From assembly GCA_047495785.1 (NCBI GenBank), contig JBLDXI010000029.1, positions 3,844,001 through 3,908,000 of the forward strand: a stretch of DNA of 64,000 nt. Direction: 5' to 3'. This DNA is from Lepidodermella squamata (taxonomy: Eukaryota > Animalia > Gastrotricha). The notes beneath the pieces were generated by a model that was given only the letters and a program-made list of their open reading frames with translations, searched no databases and was not told the DNA's origin. Shown piece after piece: positions 37,422 through 49,285 of this stretch (its first letter is position 1; each line of letters opens with the position of its first letter). The position numbers were made by a program, and so were the translations under genes.

Positions 37422-38700
37422 CCTATTCTATATCGATTTTGAGTGTTAGCATCTGATTTTAGACTGAATATGAAGATGCTTTCGAAATCGCAATTCATTG
37501 AAATAACTCATTCAAGTAGTATGTAAGTACCGGTAAAAAGGATTCGAATAAACATTTTATATTTAAATTCACCTTTCTTTAATTTTCTGTTATCTTGACT
37601 TTTGACTTCAGAACAAATTCAATAGATGATCAGACGTTTCGAAGAGAAAAGTTGACTGCGCAACTCTTATTGATAATGCTAATTTTGCGAATAATTGGTT
37701 TATATTTCCGAAAATAAACCGAGGAAGTGCATTTTATATGCATTAATGGCCATATCAACATGTTTCTCACGTTTACTGTTTATCAGCTGAACTCTAAAGT
37801 GTCCATGGTTATCAGCTGTCCTTTCTAAAAATCGCTGTACGATAAGTTTAATGAACTCAGAAAAACTAAAAATAAAATTCGTTGCGGTGAAAAGGACAAT
37901 TTCTAAAAATCATTTGAAATATGGAATTAATCAAAGGAGCGGTTGCCTTCGCAATTGCTCATAACATTATTGAAATATTTAGAGATTGTTATTGAAAACA
38001 GTGTGCAAAGCAGGATCCTGGAACTGCCGAAGTCTTTTCCATTTTCCAGAACCCAGCCAACAAACCCTGAGGGCCCCCTTGAGGTTTTTTCGCCCTTCCT
38101 CTGTTTGGAATCCTGGAGCTTGGGGTGTCGCGGCACCCCAGCACCCCTGTAAATCGCACCCTGACATTGCTGACATGAAACGAGAGACATGTCAACCCTG
38201 GTAAAAATTATTGTTTGATGGCTCGTAAAAATTCGCGTTCGACTATCCGTGTCGCTATAAGAACATTTCCCAGGTATAATTATGCACGCACAAGCATGTG
38301 ATCGTCTCTTGCACGTTTTGAAATGAATCTGTGATTTCTTGCGAAGAAGCAACACACACCCATGCATCTTGCATCTTGCGGCTTGTGACGACATCGGCGT
38401 AGGTGTGAGATTCACTCTGATTTTATTTAGTTTCCATCACACTACCCGACATGTACATGAACTGGATTAAGTCTTGAGACTGTAATTAACAAAAATATTC
38501 AAGGCGTGGTAGAAACGTGACTTCGGCTTCGAAATAAACTGAAATCGAGCTCGAAAGATGACTGACGCCTATGTCAGGACAAAAATGCGTGGTGTAGCAA
38601 AAATTAGCGCTACTAAATTCCTCAATTAACGCTCTAATTACTGGATGGTATCCTTTAAATTTGCAGTTTTTCATTTGTTTTTGCCTCAATAAAATTCAAA

Positions 38701-41393
38701 ATGCGGTTGTTCTTGATAATAACAGTTTTTACTTTCGAGCCTATCCTCGGGAGTAAAATACCACTCAATGCCTCTATACCGGGCTCTGCTATTTCTTATG
38801 ATTACAGCAACGCTCCACTTCTCAATCGGAAAAAGCTTCATGTCATGATGTCTATTTCCTACGCGGGCGGTTTCCCGATGGGGCCGCCTTGTAGCGAGGC
38901 AAAAGGCATCGCATTGGACCAACTTCGCGCCGACCCCAACTGGCTGCCTAACTACGAACTGGTTCTTGACCTCGTTGAGGACAAATGTTCTGATGCGACG
39001 TCACTGGGCAGTCTGGCGAGGAATCTAAGGTTCAACTCCGAGTCGGATAGCCTATTGCCGATTTTCGTTGCTCCTGAGTGCGATGAACAAGTCGGGCAAG
39101 TTCTTTCAGCTTCTCTAGTCAAACAATTCAACTTTTTCTCGGTAAGACGATTCCTATTTTCATTTCTTGAAGTTTCACACGATTTTCACACAGATGACTC
39201 TAGCTCAGGGTACAAATCGGTTGTATCTCCAACGCGACCGCTATCCAAATTATCTGAATTTTGGACAGCGAGGTGACATTCAGTACATAGCCTTGGCTAT
39301 GTTCATACTGAAAATGGGTTGGAAGAAGGTCGCCATTATTTCAGACATTCACCCCTACGCCAATATGGTAAGTAAATTTGAGCAATCTCCGATAGTTCTA
39401 GAGCACTGATTTCACAGATGGACCCAGCGCTAGTCCTTGCCTTAGAATCCGCAAAGATCGAGATCCAGCACATGGGTAAATTTCACCTATCATTCGGCGA
39501 TCCTGATTTGCTCACGAGCGACTTTCTTGAGATGAAACGCCGAGAGCCCAGGATAATCATATCGCAAAGCGGGAAAACCAGTGCGGTAGCTTGCTGGCTT
39601 TATCGAATGGGAATGTATGGTCCGCAGTACGTCGTATTCTCGCTGGCCTGGTTTCCATGGATCTCCCGTGACACGCCAGTACATTCTTTAGTCAAGGATT
39701 GGTGCAAAAAAGAGATGATGCTAGAAGTCGCGCCTAGTTTCTATTATTACGGCGATATGAGCCTAGGAGACGTTTTCGGGCCTAATACAACAGATTCCAC
39801 AGGTTTATCGGAAAAGGGGATGAGAGATAAGCTGAAGGAAAGAATCGAAAAGCCGGAGACTCACGAAAATTGGGACTACTGGCCAGTTATCTGCTATGAT
39901 AGAGCTTTAGCCGTAGGTCAGTTACTTCAATCAACAGAACAAGTTTTGAACGAGAGGAATCAAACTTTGATAGATTGGGTGACTTCTGCCTCAAATTTCG
40001 CTAGGAACGGTAGTTTCATAGTCTCAGCAATCAAGGAAGGAGCTTACAGACTCAACTTCACAGGTTTGAAGGGGGAGTATGGAATTGATAAGTCGACCAA
40101 CCTTACAAAAGGATACGTCCCAATCACGTTTTCTAGAACTCAATCCAATAACTCCGGTTTCGCTACCGCTGCTTATCTTAAGCAAAACGACCCTAAAGAT
40201 CCCCTCAAAATCTTGGATTTGAAATGGAACACAAAGGATGGTTCAGTTCCTCGGGATATTGTTAAGGTAGTTCTAGTGAACCAACCTATGCTAACTACTA
40301 AGAATGGCCAGATTCTCATTGTAATCGCAGCGATTGAATGTGCAGCTTTTGCTGTTTTCATATTTTTCGCTGCCCTCCGAAAGAAAAAACGCTTTTCGGC
40401 GATGAAGCGACTCACGTTCAGAAGGGATGACTACGTAATTCTTATCGGGGATATCATTCTTTTAAGCTCAATTTTCGCACTTCCCCTAAATGTGACTAGC
40501 GAATCTATCGCTCACAACTGCAGAGCTGCTTCAGTTCTGATAGTCATCGGAATTTCTTTGATTTTAACCGGCATCTCGGCGAAGTTAAGCTACAATCAAG
40601 AGATGAAGCTCATCGTGTCCACTGGATCCCATGTTAGCCATACCAGACCTCAAACAGTTATGTCATACAATCCGAGTATGATGCTTCAATACGAGTCGAA
40701 ACTCAACCGATTGGCCTCTGACTTCTTCAAGAATAGCTACCTCTTCGCAGGGGTTTGGACTGCCATCAATTGCGGGCTGATTTCAGCTCTACTCATCCTT
40801 CATCCAATGCGAGCAACTCCAATCTTCTCGGACTCATTCTCGGATTTGGCAGATCCAAGTGTTGTTTATAAGCCATTCAGCTATCAATGCGATATCTCTA
40901 GCAGTTTCTTCTCAGAATCCGACAGTTTAGCAATTTTCGCTGTTATGTGCGTCCTTCAATTCGGTCTCTTCCTTCGAGTTGTTTTTCAGTCAATGACAGT
41001 CCGAATGTCTAAGGTAAGTTCCCCCTAAACTGTCCTTTTTCCTTTGACAAGGCAACTTTTGTTAAAGAAATTGAAGCGAAGCTTTACGGGAAACGACGTT
41101 CGCAACACGGCGCTGTTTGTCAACTGCAAGATCACACTAATCATCGCCGTTCTTATCCTCGGTCCAGTTCTAGCTAAACTTCGCGCAGAATACGCGTTAG
41201 TGCTCACTGCCTCGTTTGCGATTTCGTTCGCGCTCGCGAATGCTGTACCAGTTGTCTTAATGAAGGTATGTTGTACTTGTTCGATTATTTTAATCCAAAT
41301 TTGGTCATTTTTGTCTAATAGCTCTTCATCAAACAACGTATTGCGCCGATCAACAACAGCTCAGCTAGATTGATACGAGTCATGCCTGCTTGA
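38701..41393 (+). CDS. Class C GPCR, GABA-B-receptor-like (Venus flytrap + 7TM), divergent
   Basis: Signal peptide, then WLPNYELVLDLVEDKC, RDRYPNY, MGWKKVAII, MGMYGPQYV and WNTKDGSVPRD, then hydrophobic helices ending VVLMK|LF. Five exons with GT-AG introns and no Cys-rich linker domain. Confidence 0.85.
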
Positions 41394-42086
41394 AAGAAGA
41401 ATTTTCTGAACTCCTCCGTGACATAATTTGCGGTGAAATGCTTGTTAGACAAATTGTACTCTGAGCTAATTTTGCAGGCACAAGGCTAATAGTGCGAAAC
41501 ACATAGCCGTTAGTATTAATGCTGACTAGTAAAAATTAAGCATTTCTGCGCTATGACGACACTGATATTAAAGGAATTTCGTGGAAGGTTTTAACGAGAA
41601 AAGTAAATAAATTCATCAGAAGTTATATGATCAGATTGGAAGTTCGAAGTAGCGGAACGCCTTAGTCGAGGATCAATATCTCTCTATGATGTCAAAGCGT
41701 TCGTCGGATACATCCTCAAAGAAATTCCTCCTGAAATCGAGGAATCGACCAGTGGTGGAGTTAGGAAAATGTCTGGAAAACAGAAATTTGTTACATTTTC
41801 GCTGGAGCCGAATAGTCTATTCTCAAAACCTTCCTAATCGCTAGCAGTTCTTCTTTCGAAATCATTAAATCTTCGAATCTGAGCAACCTTTTAATATCAC
41901 TTCAATAATTTGGAGTATTTGCCTACTATAAGTGCGTACTTGGTGTTAATGCTACATAAAAGGATTCTTTACAACAGCGTAATGTTATGCTGTGTAGTTT
42001 TTTTTCACAAAAATATACTACTACAACTATACGCTCACGTAGTTGTAAAGAATAAATATATATTATGATAGTTGCATGAATTATCC

Positions 42087-43337
42087 ATGAAAGGGGTTCT
42101 GGTAAGAATTATTGATGTAATTTCTTATTTCCAGTAATCGTAATTTTTTCATCGATAAAGATTGTTCTTACCATTATTGCAGCCCTGGGCGAAGCTCATA
42201 TAAGGCTAAGAGATAGTAAGGCCCATTACGTTTTACCCTACAAGCTTTCCTAGCTGTGTTTGCTTGCTAGACTGCACTGACACTCCCTGCCCGAAACACG
42301 AGAGATGCAATGTCTTCAGATTCGTAAGTCCACTATGGAAAGGTATCAATTGATTGAAAATTTGCCTTCAGTTAACAGGATCCACCCTGCGAATCCAAGT
42401 TTTGCTCATGCGATGATTGCTCAATGCCCGAAATTGACGGCTCATGTTACCCAGGTTGGAAAATCTGAATTAACTTCCTCCTAATTTCAACATTTTTCGA
42501 AAATCAGTAAAATATATCAATGAGCTGAATGAGCCGTGTGAACCGAATAAGAAAGGTCAGGAAATCACGATGCCCTCGGCCTACTGTAACTCGGAGCTAA
42601 ACAAAACTGATTGTATCATGGCGAAATTTGGCAACGGATGCGGAACGTTAGGTGCAAAAACTACCTGTATCGAAGACCACGAATGCCTAGGCAAATGCAA
42701 ATATGGCCGATGCGTATGCGAGCTGCCTAACAGGTACATCGATCTAAACTTGGACCGATGCGTGCCTCGTAAAGTAAGATAATTTTTCTGATTTTTCCTG
42801 ATGATTTCAGGGGATTTTTCATGGATTTAGAGAGGTGATGTCTGTAGGAACAGCGCTGAATGTGCGAGCAGGCGTGATCCGAAAAAATACCCATTTGAGG
42901 AAACAAATTACATGATTTGCGTCAACGGCAAATGCGATTGTGACGCTGTAAGAGGGCAACTGGCGTTCCACACCATTTTCGACGAGGACCTCAACGAATT
43001 TGTTGATATTGAGAGATGCGTGGCTCTTACGGCGACTGTCAACCTAACTAAGGGCGAGCCGTGCTCTTTTGAAGATTTCGACGATAAGAATGCGCAGATA
43101 TGCGAGCAAGGCCTTATATGTCAGGGCTGTCTCGGGAATGACTACGAGACCACTTACCTTTGCCGTAATGCTACTTTCAATGGAAAAACGGCGAAACAGT
43201 GTGGTCGGAAGACTTATGTATTTTCTTCGGCACCATCTACTGCAAAGACATTTTCGCTAATTTTTGAATTCCTAGTGCTATATTCTATCTTCAAAATCAG
43301 AAAGATTGAACACAATCCGATGATGCAGCTTAAATAA
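42087..43337 (+). CDS. Gene I: highly divergent outlying member of the Cys-rich family
   Basis: MKGVL|IVLTIIAALGEAH..|NCTDTPCPKHERC..|DPPCESKFCSC..|..FGNGC..CVPRK|RGDVC..ICEQGLICQGC..KTAKQCGRKTYVFS. The Cys scaffold is conserved, with one extra intron and the final intron absent. Confidence 0.75.
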
Positions 43338-43742
43338 AAGTTACTATGAAAAATGATGAGTGAGTAGTAACGTTTGCATTTCAAATTTTGGAGTTAAGAA
43401 GAGGGGTTACCAGAGATTGAAAACTTCGATCCGTGCGATGGTGGAGATCTTCAAGTGTTGGCCAATTTACCCAACTTTTTTATATCGAAATTCACTTCTG
43501 AAATGTTCGTTTTCTAAACGTCGAAGATAATCTTTCGTCTCTATTCAAACAGGCCATTCATGTTAGGACCGAAAAGACCATTCACTCACGAGCAAAGACT
43601 ATTCCTTTCAATGTGCTCATGGAAACCATCAATGGAGTGTGTTATTCTAAACGCGCTTTTCAGGCGAATTACGCGCAGTCATAAGTTGGATTCTCTAATA
43701 AAGCGAACTTCTTAGCATTTATGTAGCCGTTAGTGTTCCCAG

Positions 43743-44406
43743 ATGTCAACTACATCCTCTAGCACAACTGGGGCCTACGAATATCTGCAATATGGGACAG
43801 GTATCTTCTTCTTCTTGCCTTATGTCTCGATTGAATAATTCCTGATTTCTTTTCGCAGTCGATAACCCAATTTTATGGACCTTGGTTGTGGTATCAGTTT
43901 TACTGCTTGTCACTCTTCTTGTCACTTTATGGTGCTGCCTACGCCCGAAACCAGCCGGGCCACCCCTAGCCGTTCACTACAACGACCTAGCCCCTTACCC
44001 TAGAGCAATTATTTCGAACCCGAACGACGTAGCGAGTTACGCCTATAAAGGACCTCAAGTCAGTCACTACTACCCCCAACCAAATCCGATGGAACAAGCA
44101 CCGGGTGTCCCACCTGCAGTGAGAGCCATGGAAGAACCGTATCCTTACACAGTAAGAGTCCCGCCACCATCCCAACCGCCGAGTCGATACCCTAGAAGGG
44201 GAGATCCTGTGGAGTACGAGCGGGATTTCTACAATGAAGAGGCGTACGACCCGCCGCCAGGTCGCAGGTCTAGATTCTACGACAGGGATATCACGCCTCG
44301 TAATGCTAAGAAAGACCTCAGACGGCCGACGCGGCAGATTTTCGACGAATATCTCACCAAATACAAGAAACAAAAACGCGGCTATGATTTTGGTGGAAAA
44401 TACTGA
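43743..44406 (+). CDS. Small single-pass membrane protein with a Pro/Tyr-rich tail
   Basis: Exons 43743-43800 and 43859-44406. Short N-terminus, TM ILWTLVVVSVLLLVTLLVTLW, then CCLRPKP. AATAAA follows the stop. Confidence 0.8.
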
Positions 44407-44679
44407 AAATAAATATTCAATCAAAAACGTTATTAATTCTCTATTCTTTTTTGACTGAAAAGCTGAATGCGATCTCCTGGAGCATTGCTGAGATCTTGAA
44501 TCGCCTCACCCTTGGGAATATACTGCTGCAATGATTATAGGACAAACTGTACCCCACTTTCAACCTGTAATCTGTAAAAAGAATCATGTTAACGCAGATA
44601 AGACAAAGGTGTAGAACTCCAGATAAGGTCTAGTGGTTTTTATGTTTGTTTGTTTCCTTGAATGCTTTCTGTATCCAAA

Positions 44680-45935
44680 ATGTTCCCCTTCTACGTTGTT
44701 CTAGCGTTTTTGATCGCTGGCTTGGCCAGAGGACAGTCCCCGGTCTGCGTAAACTATGAAGTTGGTAGCTGCAAATGCACGCTCGCTGATGGCTCAGGAA
44801 TCATTGACTTATCAAACTTGATCACCCAAAAGCCGTAGGTTGGGATTATTTGATCTCTACGTTGAAATTAACCCTTCTCGTTGAAGATTTACTTATGTAA
44901 CTCCCACGCAGCCTCCAGTCACCTACGAATACGCATTCTGTTCAGCACTGACTGATACGAATCGGCCGGAATGTGACGGAAAAGCTTCAGTTTGCGCCTA
45001 CAACAAAACAGGACCCGGGCTTAATCTTGGGGATGTTAAACACGAGCGATTCGAATCACGAGAAAACGGACAATTGGCGCTTGTAACGGACGTGATTTCA
45101 GGTACTCAGTGAATATTAGAAAATTAGAAAAATTCTTTTGATTTGACTCTATGTTTTTTGAAGATGGCAAACCTGTTCGACGATCTGTTGCGTACATTTA
45201 TTGCTTCAAGGATAATCCCATAAATATGTTCGTTCCAAACGTGAATGGTCAAGATATTGACAAAGATGGAGCAACCCTTTACGTGAGTCTTAAATATTCG
45301 GATCAAGTGGGAAATTCCCCATAATTCTCAATTTTCAGACTATGCAATTTGCTGGTGGAGCTTTCTGTCCTCAAAAGCCGAAACCACTACCTGCATGTAA
45401 AACCAGCTCTTTGTTCTGCGAATGTGAATTGTTGGATGGGTCTGGTACCATCGATCTCCGGCCACTGGTGAAGAAAACGATACTACAACCCTTCGAAGCC
45501 GTAGATTCGGCTGGAAAGTACGGCTACGCGTTAACTGTATGCAATGCTATGGCAGACCGGCAAAATTTGACAAGTTGCTTCAAGCAAGCGTCATCATGCA
45601 CGTGGAATAACTGGAATGTCGCCCCTCACGAGCAAAACATAGGATCGCCGAGTACGACGCGCTTTGAACTCCGAGTGTCTCCACACTATCCATCTGGAGC
45701 TTTGGCTATGGTTGTAGACTTTGTAAACTATTACCGGACAGTGGTTTACCTAGTATGCGACTCGAGCAAAGAGACTGCTGAATATTCGATTTGGGACTGG
45801 GATCCATTAGACCGTGACTACGATGGAGCTTATTTATATGTGAGTTTGATGTTGAATAAAGAATTCCCGTCTAATTTTGATTTAAATAATCAGTATGGAA
45901 AGTTGGCTGGCCGGGAGCTCTGTCCTAAAAAATGA
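44680..45935 (+). CDS. Secreted protein with two mannose-6-phosphate-receptor-homology (MRH)-like domains
   Basis: Signal MFPFYVVLAFLIAGLARG and a twice-repeated C-x-C-x3-DGSG-x-IDL...C...Y-x2-C...CP pattern. Five predicted exons, no TM segment. Confidence 0.7.
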
Positions 45936-46072
45936 GAATTCATCATACGAAGTATTGAATAATTGCGATATATAAATATAGATAAATTTACGAACAAGAA
46001 TTGGTGAATTCTTCAAAATAAAAGTGACCGTATCTAGAACATTCGTGTCTCTTCTACTGCGTGGTGGTTCAG

Positions 46073-46098
46073 TTATCTTATTGATAAGATCTGATAAA
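46073..46098 (+). promoter_or_regulatory. Clustered GATA sites upstream of propeller gene 1 (conserved at 49194-49219)
   Basis: TTATCTTATTGATAAGATCTGATAA, ~70-90 bp upstream of the ATG and followed by an AT-rich TATA-like stretch. Confidence 0.55.
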
Positions 46099-46163
46099 AT
46101 TGCGCCACCAAGTGATGAATTTACAGTTTAATAAAGGGCACTCACGGCAGTTTTTACCAAAAC

Positions 46164-47492
46164 ATGAGATCAATTCTTGTTTCCGCCGCTTTCTTAGTCG
46201 CTTCACTGCTACACGCTAATGCAGCTGTTGAGGATTGGGTAGCTGATGGAGGTGACTACAGCCATACTGGCTACAAGCCGTACTCACTGGGTTACGTAAA
46301 CAAAATCGACGTCCTTTGGAAAACGCAGCTAGAAACTACTCGCAAAGGCCTGAATGGAATTTACGTTTACAACCAGAAGTTGTACATTAACACTGGCGAT
46401 GGAAGTTTAGCAATTCTCGACGCAAAAACTGGCAAACTGATCAAAAAGTTCAACATCTTCACGGATCTCTCAGCCTCGAGGCAGGTGATTGAGCCGCTGA
46501 ACAAACTGATGTTTCTGGCAGAGGGCAACGGACTGGTTTTCGCTATTAGCCTTGAGGACGGGAAGGAGAAGCTTCTATGGTCACGAAAACTGGCTGGTGA
46601 TATCTACGACATTATCCCAGTTACTGGGTTGAAAGACCTTGTTGTTGGGTTTTCAACAGACGAGAATAATGGCCAGCTTGTGGCCCTAGACTTCCAAACT
46701 GGGGAGACGAGATCTTCATATGGAGTCAATTCCATGGATATTCCCTATTACCTATCTCTCTCAAATGACAATCGACTTATCAGTTTGACGATGAGCACTA
46801 CAACCGAAGCTATCGCCGAGTTTGATGCGACGAAGAATGGTAACAAATTATGGAATGTTGAATTCCCGCTAGATAACGCCGACTTAAATCATGGGCCTAT
46901 GATTTCTGGCAACCTCGCAATACATAGGAAAGGGTCTGAAATGGTTTCTGTTGACATCGACACGAAATCGATGAAATGGGTCGCATCCAGTGGCAGTCCG
47001 TATTGCGACCATTTCTTAATCGCTGTTACGGACAACGATTTCATCTACAGGAAATGTCAGTTGGGCGAACATCGCATGATGTTTAAGCATGACATTAAAA
47101 CCGGTGCTTTGGAGACTTCGTACCCGGTGCCGCTTTCCGATGCGCCGCCTGCTTGCAACCCTATTGTTCTCGACGATTACGTGATCGCACAGGGTTACTC
47201 AGGGTTCGCGATTTACGATAAGAACGACGGCAGCCTGGCTGCGAATATCACAGTTGGTGACAGCTCGTTTTCCTTTGGTTACAAATGGGCATTTTCGGCT
47301 GGAGTGTTCTACGCGCAGGGTTCTGATGGGTATGTCTATGCGTTTGGTACGAGCTATGTGGGTACAACGCCATCTACCAAGTCGCCCCCGAAGACAACTC
47401 AACCGAATACAACCCCAAATAGCGCAGGAGTGCAGCTAATTAGTTATGTAGCATTCATTATCAATATTTCATTTTTCGTGCTTTTTCGTTGA
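46164..47492 (+). CDS. Intronless PQQ-binding-like/BamB-like beta-propeller protein with GPI-type tail, copy 1
   Basis: Signal peptide, DWVADGGDYSHTGY, repeated LD.KTG..W blades, terminal GSDGYVYAF, T/P-rich stalk and hydrophobic C-terminus. Confidence 0.85.
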   Translation: MRSILVSAAFLVASLLHANAAVEDWVADGGDYSHTGYKPYSLGYVNKIDVLWKTQLETTRKGLNGIYVYNQKLYINTGDGSLAILDAKTGKLIKKFNIFTDLSASRQVIEPLNKLMFLAEGNGLVFAISLEDGKEKLLWSRKLAGDIYDIIPVTGLKDLVVGFSTDENNGQLVALDFQTGETRSSYGVNSMDIPYYLSLSNDNRLISLTMSTTTEAIAEFDATKNGNKLWNVEFPLDNADLNHGPMISGNLAIHRKGSEMVSVDIDTKSMKWVASSGSPYCDHFLIAVTDNDFIYRKCQLGEHRMMFKHDIKTGALETSYPVPLSDAPPACNPIVLDDYVIAQGYSGFAIYDKNDGSLAANITVGDSSFSFGYKWAFSAGVFYAQGSDGYVYAFGTSYVGTTPSTKSPPKTTQPNTTPNSAGVQLISYVAFIINISFFVLFR

Positions 47493-47959
47493 ACATTAAA
47501 GTTCCTGCAACTTGAGTAGTACATAGCAATAATAGCAATAATAGCATAGATGTAACAGCAATAAATATGAACATTGATGAGCTGAAATTCTGCCTAATAT
47601 TGAATTAATTGTTAGATAAATGACTCTGGTAATGCATCAGAAATCTTTCCGGGGTGCTACTATACCGTAAATAGTTAAATTTAAATCTGTCAAAAGTTGT
47701 ATAGCTACATTCCGGGCCTATCGTAGTTCCATCCGGGCCAAAATTACGCAAACGAGGCAGAAAGAATCGTTACTAGGATTCTTTTGACACTGAGTTCAAT
47801 GAGTTCTAAGGAATATTTCGCTGTGTGTTTCCTTACTTCCCTTTATAGGCAACAGGTAAGTATACTTGTAAGGATCTGCCGACTGGCATCGCGCCATCGA
47901 ACTAACTAGCTTGTGATAAACATGTGATAATCAGTTAGACAATGCCATGTTCGCTTTGG

Positions 47960-48600
47960 TTATTTCTCTATGGCCATGATAGGCAGATCCTCAATGTTCG
48001 ATTCCTTCTCAATAAAGTAGTATAGAGTAGTGCCTGGCCAAGTCTTGGCATTTCGCTGACAGAATGAATCGAACCATAGTACTGTTCGGACGGCCACCCA
48101 CACTCCACTACGGATTCTTCTTGCCAAGTCTCGTTCAGCTCGAATTCGTCCGCAATGCCAACGATATGCTGATACGGTATCGCCCTGGCCCGCAGGTGGT
48201 GTTCTAACATCGACATCAAGGATGATTTCTGGCAATGCCAATGGCGTTCAGCTCATCACCACTGACGTTCGTATCCAAGATCCAGCCCTCACGCTCAAGG
48301 TCTCGCCCTGGCTTACGCGCTCGATTTGCCAACGGCTCACAGGTTATGGCTACGCATCTCCATTCTCGTGTTCATGTTCGCGGTCAAGCGTTCATTGGGG
48401 CAGCCTCGCTGATGCTTGACTTCAACGCCCGCAACTCGCTTGATAGCTTGTCTCGGGCGCCGCGATCTCGATTCTACGATGGCTTGGCACTGTCTTTGCT
48501 CCATGGCGTTGCTCCTGCCTCATTTGCTCTGCGATTCTCGACCTTCCGTTCCGTTAGTCAGGAATTGCTCGACATCTTCTGTCACCCGCCAATTGATGCT
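47960..48600 (+). mobile_element. Possible degenerate 3' end of a non-LTR retrotransposon ORF2 (R1/I-like)
   Basis: Plus-strand peptides YRVVPGQVLA, DDFWQCQW, RSICQRLTGYG and HCLCS...HLLCDS resemble the post-RT region and CCHC finger. Frameshifted. Confidence 0.45.
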
Positions 48601-48613
48601 GAAGCACCACCGT

Positions 48614-48675
48614 GGGGGTTGTGGTGCAATGGACAACGCGTCTGACTTCGAATCAGAAGATTCCAGGTTCGACTC
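48614..48675 (+). pseudogene. 3'-truncated tRNA-Arg(TCG)
   Basis: GTGGTGCAATGGACAACGCG TCTGA-CTTCGAA-TCAGA AGATTCCAGGTTCGACTC. The 3' T-stem and acceptor strand are missing. Confidence 0.75.
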
Positions 48676-49285
48676 GAATGTTTTTAAACCCTCTCTGCCC
48701 CTAACTCCTACGGCATGCCTGATTTGAGCCTTTGAGCCAGCTCTCGTTATCTGCAATGTCGGCTAATTCCCTTACCCCCGCACACTGATGAAAATGCAAA
48801 AGAAAACATCATGATTTATAAGAAGCGGTTTAATTTGTATCTAAATAGGTCATAGTTTGTCTAGCGTGTCTTGTTTCTTTCTTTTAGTTTTTTCTTGTTG
48901 TGTTTTTTTCTTTTAGTGCCTCTGCTTATTATTGATAAGCGGAGGTACTGGCAGGACAAAAATTAGTAATTAGAGATTAGCTTATTAGTAAAGATGTAAT
49001 AATGGTAAAAAAGGGACATCAGAGTATAATAAACGGTTCGGGTTCCAGAATTATTGGTGAATTATCCATATCGTCATTTGAAATTTGAAAATTCAAAACC
49101 GGACTAACAAAAGTGGTTGTAAAGTGTCGTTCCGTGACGCGCGGACGCACCCATCTAAAACATTCGTTTCTATTCTTCTGCGCGGCATTCCTGTTATCTT
49201 ATCGATAAGATCTGATAACATTGCGCCACTAAGCGATGAGTTTACTGTATAAATAAGGGCATTAAAGACAGTTTTTCACCAAAAA

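Noticed and set aside
48785-48810. CTGATGA...GAAA as a hammerhead ribozyme
   Set aside because: The intervening sequence cannot form stem II and no convincing flanking stems were found.
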